A stretch of DNA of 29,399 nt, the filler included, from an uncultured virus (IMG/VR IMGVR_UViG_2124908004_000021) (lineage: Duplodnaviria; Heunggongvirae; Uroviricota; Caudoviricetes). It is 2 parts of one record of this genome, joined end to end, with 100 filler letters (N's around TTAATTAATTAA, not from the genome) between each part and the next. Parts side by side here need not be neighbours in the genome. Positions count along the whole stretch, not along the records: positions 10,941 to 29,399 come from IMGVR_UViG_2124908004_000021; 1 more part is not named here. One strand, given 5' to 3'. Positions within the stretch are counted from its first letter, which is position 1, and every line of letters begins with the position of its first letter. Positions 19,885-27,904 of this stretch are shown here, one piece after another. A model generated the notes under the pieces. That model was not told where the DNA came from and did no database searches. It was given only the letters and a program-made list of their open reading frames with translations. The translations under genes were made by a program, and so were the position numbers.

Positions 19885-20968
19885 ATGATCAATAGACTTT
19901 TTTCAGTTAAGATAGTTCCAATTATTGACGGTGATAATAGAATAGCAGCGTGTAGAGGAGAGCAATGCAGACGGCTTCAAGATATGCTTGACAATGGCAT
20001 GCGAATATGTGGTATACAATTATTTCATTATGCGGTGATAAAGTATAATACAAGATACAATTATTATTTTCCGAAGTTTCTGAATGCTTTGTTTACAACG
20101 ATTTCAACTCTTTCGGATGAAGGTGACAATCTGTTTTTGAATGATCTAGAAGATTCAGAATTGAAAAGGGACTCGACTGAAGTAATCAGTATTGGATTAT
20201 CAAATAAGTTTATGTGTAATTGGTTTGGAATTAACGTAAACAGAATTGAAAAAATACCAGGGACAGGGAAAAGATGTGATTTCAGGTTTCCGTTCGACGG
20301 AGATACTATAATTTTTGAAGCTAAAGGTAGAACAAGTAGGAGCCAGATTAATAGTGCACTAACTGACTGTATTGAAAAAAAAAGTAACTATCAAGGGAAC
20401 TTTTTATATTCAATAATAGGGCATTTGCCAAGGAATGGATCGCCAGCAAGGCTATTGATTTATGATCCTCCAATTTATCGAAATGGCCTTAATTTTAATG
20501 AAAAATATTTAATTGCAAAGCATTATTGCAATGTTGCAGAATTATCAGGACTTGTGATCCTCGCAGACAGAATTCGTAGTAGAATAAAATACTATAAGAG
20601 GATTGGTAACTGGGATACAACGCCTCTTGAATTCAGCAATCTTGAAAAACTTGAATTCAGCAATCTTGAAAAAATCGGGATATCGATATCAATTAATAAT
20701 AACATATATTGGACAAGGAGAACCTTTCAGGATTATAGCTATAGAAATAAAAATATTATATTCAAATTGGTCTACACGAAAAATAATAAGGGCTTTAAAA
20801 GAATGGGATTTTGATGAATTGCTAAGATTTCAAACCGATGATATTGTTTTAAAAGATGATCGTTTAAGCATATTATCAGACGGAAGTTTATTCTACATTG
20901 GAGATCAGACATTACAAAAAAGTATGGGCTATAATGATATTACAACCCCAAACCCACCCAAGAAGTAG
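19885..20968 (+). CDS. Putative PD-(D/E)XK nuclease (C-terminal frameshifts)
   Basis: RCDFRFPFDGDTIIFEAKG; C-terminus continues KIIRALKEWDFDELL in ORF 20603..20968. Confidence 0.65.
20626..20673 (+). repeat. Perfect 24-bp tandem duplication (LEFSNLEK x2)
   Basis: CTTGAATTCAGCAATCTTGAAAAA repeated twice in frame. Confidence 0.9.
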
Positions 20969-21015
20969 AATGTGTTTTTCTTTTGGGACGTTGGTTCCAC
21001 TTCTCTCAGACGAAC
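20944..21015 (-). repeat. att-like repeat R1
   Basis: 20944-21000 matches 24395-24452 except for 3 substitutions and 1 T; GTTTTTCT-26 bp-AGACGAAC. Confidence 0.85.
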
Positions 21016-21105
21016 TTTACAACACTAATTGTAGTGAAAGATGTATGTTAATAATGCGCTGTTTTTCATAAACGTGAGACGAACCAGAACAACGCAATGC
21101 TTATA

Positions 21106-22514
21106 TTACCAGTAGTACCTTTTTTGTTTTTCTTTGCTTTCTATAAGCAAATCTTTATCTTCTTCATTCAGAATAGGATCGGCCTGTTTTCTAACTGGAT
21201 CAAGCCAATCAGCTTTATTTCGCCCCCATTGGATATAATCTTCATTAATATTTTCATGTTCAAGATAATCTAATAAGCGGTTAATATTGCATGATATTTC
21301 ATACTGCTTGGAGAGTTTGATTAAAGCTTGGGTTTGGGCAAACTCCTCGTCATGAATGGCCTCTTTCCTCCTTCGCTCCTCTTGACGGATTCTCTCCTGC
21401 TCAAGTTGCCTTTTATATTCTTGGCGTTCAAGTCTAATAGCTTGAGGTTGACTAAATATATATCGAAAGGCGTCTTTTACCATTAAATCTAATGAATATC
21501 TTTTGGTCTCTCTAAATTCTTTTGTGCAATCCGTATAATTATTTCCACGCACTATTTTTGTGCCCAACAATAATTGTTATAAAACCAGTTGGGAAGTATT
21601 CATAACGATCGCCCCAAGTATATTGGCGTTCATTTTCTGGTTTCTCTTTGCGGGTCCTTTTTCTTTCAATACANNNNNNNNNNNNNNNNNNNNNNNNNNN
21701 NNNNNNNNNNNNNNNNNNNNNNNNNNNNNNNNNNNNNNNNNNNNNNNNNNNNNNNNNNNNNNNNNNNNNNNNNNNNNNNNNNNNNNNNNNNNNNNNNNNN
21801 NNNNNNNNNNNNNNNNNNNNNNNNNNNNNNNNNNNNNNNNNNNNNNNNNNNNNNNNNNNNNNNNNNNNNNNNNNNNNNNNNNNNNNNNNNNNNNNNNNNN
21901 NTTTCAATAATTATGTTTGATTGATCTTGAGTTAAACTGACATTTCCCCCTGCTGACTCGACAGCTTTTAATAGGGCATCTAAAAATAAATATGCTTTTT
22001 GCAGAGTTTCTTCGGATACTGAGCCAGTATTTAATACAGTTTTTTCTCGACTGAGGTGAACTCCATACATATCGTTCCGATAATATTTACTCCGTTTTGC
22101 TTCCTGTATTGCGGCTTTATGCGCTACAATAGTGGGGTGAGGGTTAGATAAAGTTTTGTTTAATTTTAATGAATCATGGATTCTATATAACGCTTTCTGT
22201 TTTTCATTATCATAGAACTGAAAGGGTTTATCTTGGATGAGATCGCCGCTGGCCTTTGTTTTTTCTGTTGATGTTATATCTTGAAAGAAGATTCTTTGAT
22301 TTCCATCAAATGCGGGGAGGGCATCTGGTTTAGGATTTTTACCAGCATAAAAATTCCCCCAGTACTTATTTGAAGGCAACGGTATGTTATAAAGTTTACA
22401 CTTTTTTCGAATCGCTTGATCCGAGACCCCATAGCGTTTAGCAACTTTTGAAACTGCTTCTTGCCATATTTCATTATATAGATTATCACGTGTTGTTTCC
22501 ATAATAGGCTCCAT
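21106..22514 (-). CDS. Hypothetical protein with N-terminal HTH-like region (spans gap 21674-21901; frameshift near 21550)
   Basis: TRDNLYNEIWQEAVSKVAKRYGVSDQAIRKKCKLYNIPLP; C-terminal coiled coil and WGRNKADWLDP. Confidence 0.7.
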
Positions 22515-22566
22515 TTAAAAAAATATGAATTGATTATATCATATGTACTCTTATAATGTCAGAGTT

Positions 22567-22636
22567 ACCCAAACCTACCCATGAAGTAGAATATGTTTTT
22601 CTTTTGAGCTTTTGAGTTCGTCTAGTTTAGACAAAC
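22567..22636 (-). repeat. att-like repeat R2 (diverged)
   Basis: ACCCAAACCTACCCATGAAGTAGAATATGTTTTTCTTTTG; GTTTTTCT-26 bp-AGACAAAC. Confidence 0.75.
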
Positions 22637-24218
22637 TGATATATACAAATAGCGCTGGAAAAAGAAATGTTCGGGGGAGGTGAGGTGGCTTCATGGCATC
22701 CCTGTCTTTATTTTTAGTAAGATAAAAAGGCTCATAATGATTTGAATAATGAATGAGACGTTCTTCTATAATGTTAGGATTCATATCAATGCATTTAAAT
22801 ACATGAAATTGTAACAGAATACACAGCCTCTTAATGTACTGCTCTAGTATCATAAGGTCATTAATACCTAGGGCAAGGGGGTACTTTTTCATGTTATCTC
22901 TATGTGTAAAATAGTTTCGTGTTTGTACAATTATCTGTAGGATCTTGTTTTTGTCTTTTGTATTTGGGTGTCCGAATAATTTATTCATCAATGCATCAGG
23001 TGTCAATCGAAAGATTTCTTTTAATCGCTTATGAAGACTCTTCTCATCTTCATAATTTATTTTTTCTATAAATGCAGCTCGATTTTCTTCACTTACATTC
23101 TCGTTGATAAAAGAAATTATTAATTCTTTCTCTTTTGATGAATCTGATACCGATGGTGTTTCTTTATCCTCTATAAAGAATCTATGAAAAGTTTCAAGGC
23201 TTCGTACAGTGTTCAGGAACCTTGTATATTGGTAGGCTGGGAGATATAAGTCATTGATATAAGGGTTAACAATTTCAGACAGTAAGTTTTGCTGAGAAAA
23301 CCATTTGTTAAATATAACTTCAATATTATCCTGTATATGTTTTCTAAAAAATAAGACTGAATCCGAATAAGGGGAAATTTTTTGAGGCGTATTAATCTCA
23401 CCAACTTGTCTAAAAAATAATCGGCATGAATTTTTGATTTTGTATTCTTTTCCATCATGTGTTGTCTCTTGCTTATTAGGAAGATTGAAATCAATGTATA
23501 AGAAATACAAAGGACTGCCTATAAGCATTGTGAGTAAACGTTTGATTTTTTGAAGATTATCCCTCTGGTGCTTATAAGAAAAACAGGATTTATCTATGAG
23601 TGACAACCTATAGAATCTCTTTATACTAATGTTTGTTGTTTCTTCTGAAAAAAAGTCATTGGAATGATCTATGGTATATCCTATCTCTTCAACAATAGAA
23701 ATGTTATCTGGATTGAGCTTAATGCTTTTTTTCTGAGATAGAGCCTTTTCAAGATCAACCGACCATTCAATTCTACCACTATCCCTATATTCGCGGCTTT
23801 CAATAATATGTATGTTCATCCAAGCATCGAGATATGTGAACAAAAATGTTATGTCTTCAACGATCACGGCATCCTCGTTTTCAATTAATTGTGATCCTGC
23901 ATAAAACTGATCAACTAAATACGTAACAGTGCTGAATCCAGGGATACCCGTCTGTGTCCTAATAATGAAGCAACCATATAACGCAAGCCATTCACCATGA
24001 TTAGAAAAGCCATAAATCACTTGCTTGTAAGAATTTCTTTTTGAAGCGTATTTCTCGCCTGTTTCTTCTTCTAAGGTTCCAATCAGTTCCAAAGTTATTC
24101 TCTGAGAAGTATATTTTAGTATTCCTTGAATCCCGTCTCTATCCATGTTTTGCCATGGAAAATACCAGATGCCTTTTATCTCAAACGAAGCACTCATTAG
24201 TTGTTCTCTGGCTTTCAT
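22575..24218 (-). CDS. apeA: ApeA-like HEPN RNase (anti-phage family)
   Basis: N-terminal KGIWYFP..GILKY..ITLELIG region; FLNTVRSLETFHR; HEPN RNYFTH (RxxxxH). The last ~45 aa run into R2 and may be read-through. Confidence 0.8.
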   Translation of the reverse strand: MKAREQLMSASFEIKGIWYFPWQNMDRDGIQGILKYTSQRITLELIGTLEEETGEKYASKRNSYKQVIYGFSNHGEWLALYGCFIIRTQTGIPGFSTVTYLVDQFYAGSQLIENEDAVIVEDITFLFTYLDAWMNIHIIESREYRDSGRIEWSVDLEKALSQKKSIKLNPDNISIVEEIGYTIDHSNDFFSEETTNISIKRFYRLSLIDKSCFSYKHQRDNLQKIKRLLTMLIGSPLYFLYIDFNLPNKQETTHDGKEYKIKNSCRLFFRQVGEINTPQKISPYSDSVLFFRKHIQDNIEVIFNKWFSQQNLLSEIVNPYINDLYLPAYQYTRFLNTVRSLETFHRFFIEDKETPSVSDSSKEKELIISFINENVSEENRAAFIEKINYEDEKSLHKRLKEIFRLTPDALMNKLFGHPNTKDKNKILQIIVQTRNYFTHRDNMKKYPLALGINDLMILEQYIKRLCILLQFHVFKCIDMNPNIIEERLIHYSNHYEPFYLTKNKDRDAMKPPHLPRTFLFPALFVYISLSKLDELKSSKEKHILLHG

Positions 24219-24379
24219 GAAATCATCCCCCAGTTATTGTTTTTAAGATCGTGATTCCACTCCTTATACGAATTAGGCTTCGCATTATAAAGTGGATAAT
24301 AATATTAAATTATATCATATTTTATAACGCTTCAAATTCGAATCTACTTAATATGGAATTTTGCATATAAAGTTACTAC

Positions 24380-24985
24380 TTACAAAGCTAACGTAACCCC
24401 AAACCCACCCAAGAAGTAGAAGATGTTTTTTCTTTTGGGACATTGGTTCCACCAACTGATCCTTAGAAAAACACTCGGGCTCTAAGGATAACGATGATTG
24501 GCCATCTTGTATGTTGTACAGGATGGTCATTTTATCTTCATCGAGAATGATTTCCCGTACAAAAATATTGATCAGGGACTTGCGAAACCTGAAGTTATTA
24601 ACATCTCCGTTCTTGAATCTCCCCATGAAGTTTTTAACTTCTGCAAATGTGGGCTGTGGGTATCTTATACTCTCTTGGATTAATTGCTTTTTGAGCTCTG
24701 CCAATTCAGCTTGATTCTTAACGATTGAATCCGTGATATATCAGCCGCCTTACCCCTGCTCCAAAGCTTTTATTAAATTCTGGATTGACTTTTCACGGTC
24801 TGTAATTGTACGTTGTAGATGTTTGATCGTAGGCGTATTACTCTCTTTTTTGCACAGGTCTACTACTTCTTTAGCGATAATATCAATATTTTCATCGGTA
24901 AGCAGCTTCTTTGTTTCTGTGACAACAATATCTTCAATATAGTCCTTTGATATGGGTTTCCTTTCGCAGTCCTTTTGGCCTCTTT
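24380..24985 (-). pseudogene. C-terminal remnant of a large serine recombinase
   Basis: Minus strand reads KDCERKPISKDYIEDIVVTETKK...LINIFVREIILDEDKMTILYN, aligning by eye with CDKKTITKDYIEKLVVSETKR...VIDIFVNSVYIYDDKLVLMYN in 28803..29399; catalytic domain missing. Confidence 0.85.
24395..24474 (-). repeat. att-like repeat R3 (symmetric) inside the recombinase 3' end
   Basis: GTTTTTTCT-31 bp-AGAAAAAC with inner TTGGT-tcc-ACCAA dyad. Confidence 0.85.
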
Positions 24986-25091
24986 AAACCCGAAAAGAAA
25001 AAAAGAGCTTCAAAACCTATCAGAAGATTTCCATATTACACTATTGAAGAAGCGATTAAAATACCGAAATTAATAAAAGAGAATAATGGCG

Positions 25092-26151
25092 TGTAGGACT
25101 ACAATACATATTGGACATTGAACCTTGAAAATAAAAGATGCAGGGAAGGACTCATGGGGTATTGTTAAGATGAAGAACAAAACACTACCGAAAGGAGCCC
25201 AAACCTGCATGAATAACATAACACAAGACATGAAGTATCGGCAATCCCTCGTTTGCTTTGCGCTCAAGTACGGCGTTTCCCGCGCCCGCCGCAAGTATAA
25301 CAAAGCCCGTTCCACGATCTATTTTTGGATTTCAAGGTACAATGGCACAATCGAGTCATTGGCCTGCCGGTCACGAAGACCATATTATCATCCTGCGCAG
25401 CATACCGAGGACGAACTCTCGCTTCTGCGCCGCATGCGGCGCAGAAATCCTGACCTTGGCCTGTGCGAGCTGTGGTGGCGTTTGCGGCAAAGGGGCTATA
25501 CCCGTACCCTTGTCAGCATGTACCGCGTCTTAAAGCGCCTGGGGTTGCAGCCGGCACCTGCTCCCAAGCCCAAATACATCCCTAAGCCCTATGAACAGAT
25601 GCTTTATCCCGGCCAACGCGTACAAATAGACGTTAAATACGTGCCTTGCGTCTGTCTGGTCGGGGATGCAAAGGGTAAACGCTTCTACCAGTACACCGCC
25701 ATTGATGAGTATTCGCGTCTGCGGTATCTGGAAGCTTTTGAGGAGTTGAGCACCTATTCATCGGCCACGTTCCTCAAAAACGCTGTCAAGCACTTCAGGT
25801 TCCCCATAGAGTGCGTACAGACCGATAATGGCTTTGAGTTTACCAACCGTTTCTCATCTGCCAAGCGCGACCTACCCACACTGTTTGAAGCCACTGCTGC
25901 CGGCATGGGCATCCGCCACAAACTCATCCGCCCTTATACGCCGCGCCACAACGGCAAGGTCGAGCGTAGCCATCGTGAGGATCAGAAGCGCTTTTACTCC
26001 AAGCACACCTTTTACTCTTTTTCAGACTTCAAGCTGCAGCTTGAAGCCTATCGATACCGTACCAACAAGATTCCCATGCGCCCGCTCGGTTGGCGATCGC
26101 CAACCGAATACCTGCACAACTACACTGTCCAATATGTTTGACAAACCTAAA
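25092..26151 (+). mobile_element. IS481-family insertion sequence, 1060 bp
   Basis: 26-bp imperfect IRs TGTAGG...ACATATTGGACA / TGTCCAATATGT...CCTAAA; flanking 25-bp direct repeats at 25067-25091 and 26152-26176. Confidence 0.9.
25209..26141 (+). CDS. IS481-family DDE (rve-type) transposase
   Basis: QIDVKYV, QTDNGFEF, TPRHNGKVERSHR; AAAGGAG RBS. Confidence 0.92.
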   Translation: MNNITQDMKYRQSLVCFALKYGVSRARRKYNKARSTIYFWISRYNGTIESLACRSRRPYYHPAQHTEDELSLLRRMRRRNPDLGLCELWWRLRQRGYTRTLVSMYRVLKRLGLQPAPAPKPKYIPKPYEQMLYPGQRVQIDVKYVPCVCLVGDAKGKRFYQYTAIDEYSRLRYLEAFEELSTYSSATFLKNAVKHFRFPIECVQTDNGFEFTNRFSSAKRDLPTLFEATAAGMGIRHKLIRPYTPRHNGKVERSHREDQKRFYSKHTFYSFSDFKLQLEAYRYRTNKIPMRPLGWRSPTEYLHNYTVQYV

Positions 26152-27150
26152 AAATTAATAAAAGAGAATAATGGCGGAAACCCTTGGGATACCGAGCAAC
26201 ATGCTATTGCATTAGATGCTAAAAAAAGTGGTAATATTTTCTATTATATGACCGCTGCTTCTAGAGATTATGGCTTTACTATTGGGACAAGAGATACTCC
26301 TACTGTAGCTTTAGCAGATTTAGGTCGTAAATATATTTATGCTCGATATGTATAAGAAATGGAAGAATGCCTAAAAACAGCTTTATTTAGTATTGATATA
26401 TTCAAGCGAGTATATGAATATTACAAAGACGGGGAACCAACAGATAATACTTTCTTTAAAAATGCGTTAACAACGACTTTTAATCTAGATGAAAGTTTCC
26501 ATGATGATTTTATTAGTATTTATCGTAAAAATGTCAAATATGTATTTAAAATTGTTCCCCAAAAGCCTCAAACACTTAACACCTTATCCATAAACAAGGC
26601 ACAAATTTCAAAGCCTACAACTGATAGAAAATTATTTGTGATAATGCCTTTTACAGAAAAATCAAAAGAAGTCCCTAAAGGTTTTTTTAATGAAGTATTA
26701 AAACATTTAATTAAGCCTAGCGCCGAAAAGGCTGGATATATTGCTGAAACAGCAGATCGTAATGGTAGTGATATTATTCAATCTACGATCGTTCAAGCTA
26801 TTAGTAATTCAAGTATTATTTTAGCTGATTTAACTGAACATAATCCTAATGTTCTATTTGAATTAGGTATTGCAATTGCCTTAAAAAAACCGGTTGTTCT
26901 TATTAAGACGGAAAATACAGGACAAATATTCGATATTGATAATACCATTAGGGTCTTTTCATATAATCAGAATTTATGGCCATCTACTTTAGAAAAGGAT
27001 GTTCCTAATCTGGCAACAAGAATTGGCGCTGTAGTCAATAACATAGGTAAAGAAAAATCTTATTTTGATACATTTATGGGTAATTAAAAATAATGTACAG
27101 TTAAGAAAAAATTCATTTCTCTTTTTGAGATCGCCGAGGAGGAATCAAGC

Positions 27151-27375
27151 ATGTTTGAAACAAATGAATTAATTAAAAAGTTTACCAGTTTAATCAACGA
27201 ATTTTCTAGAAATCAAATAAATTATTTAAATGAGTTAGAAAAAAACAGAAATGAGTTAAGCGATTGTAAAAGCCAAAGTGCGCAACATGCTAACATGAAT
27301 AGAGCAGCGATGATAATTAACTCCAGAAGCTCCGAGATGAGAAACTATAATCAGTGCTTTTTATCCTATGCCTGA
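27151..27375 (+). CDS. Small hypothetical protein
   Basis: GAGGAGG RBS, 74 aa, followed by hairpin AGAGATTGA/TCAATCTCT. Confidence 0.5.
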   Translation: MFETNELIKKFTSLINEFSRNQINYLNELEKNRNELSDCKSQSAQHANMNRAAMIINSRSSEMRNYNQCFLSYA

Positions 27376-27458
27376 AACAGAGAGATTGATGATTTAACTC
27401 AATCTCTATATTGCTAGAAGCCCGCTAAAAGCTTTCAACATATTTATAACTAAGATTT

Positions 27459-27506
27459 ATTATAAACAAATTATGAGTTGATTTTAACTCGTTATTTGTT
27501 TATAAT
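27459..27506 (+). promoter_or_regulatory. Palindromic promoter/operator upstream of xre-recombinase
   Basis: 13-bp perfect arms ATTATAAACAAAT/ATTTGTTTATAAT; contains TTGATT-17 bp-TATAAT. Confidence 0.65.
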
Positions 27507-27535
27507 TTATTTATACTGAGGTTAGGAGAAATAAC

Positions 27536-27904
27536 ATGACATCCATCGGGAATAGATTAAAGGAATTACGAACGGGTATGGGGCTATCACAGTCGGCGCT
27601 TGCCAAGATAGTAGGCACAACGCAATCCAGTATTAATCGATATGAGCAGGAGGATTCACAAGCGCCTTACAAAGTGCTTTTGTGGTATGCTGACTATTTT
27701 GATGTCTCGATGGATTATATCTTTGGGCGCACAGACCAGCCACAGGGTAAGCTCTACGATTACCAGCCGAAAAAAATAAAAGAGAAAATGCTCAACACAC
27801 AGGATTGGAACGAGTTTGTGGAGGCTTGCTTTGAGCCGGGCTCACCTATGAATCTAAAACTGAAAGAAATGCTTGTTAAAATGGCTTCGGAGGAACCCAA
27901 ATGA
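27536..27904 (+). CDS. XRE-family HTH regulator
   Basis: IGNRLKELRTGMGLSQSALAKIVGTTQSSINRYE; ATGA coupling to recombinase. Confidence 0.9.
   Translation: MTSIGNRLKELRTGMGLSQSALAKIVGTTQSSINRYEQEDSQAPYKVLLWYADYFDVSMDYIFGRTDQPQGKLYDYQPKKIKEKMLNTQDWNEFVEACFEPGSPMNLKLKEMLVKMASEEPK

Larger units (their letters stand above)
24987..27087 (+). pseudogene. Gene with C-terminal nucleoside 2-deoxyribosyltransferase/TIR-like domain; 5'-truncated and IS-interrupted
   Basis: RRFPYYTIEEAIKIPKLIKENNG continues as GNPWDTEQ across the IS; FVIMPF, IILADLTEHNPNVLFELGIA in 26359..27087. Confidence 0.75.

Noticed and set aside
20626..20673. 24-bp tandem duplication as a functional repeat locus
   Set aside because: Only two copies, in frame; a simple slippage or assembly duplication explains it.
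20944..24474. R1-R3 as a CRISPR array or integron attC sites
   Set aside because: Spacing is 1.6-1.8 kb with whole genes between; no cas genes or tyrosine integrase; geometry fits serine-recombinase sites.
25828..26355. 175-aa ORF overlapping the transposase
   Set aside because: Chimera of an alternate IS frame and the interrupted host gene fragment.
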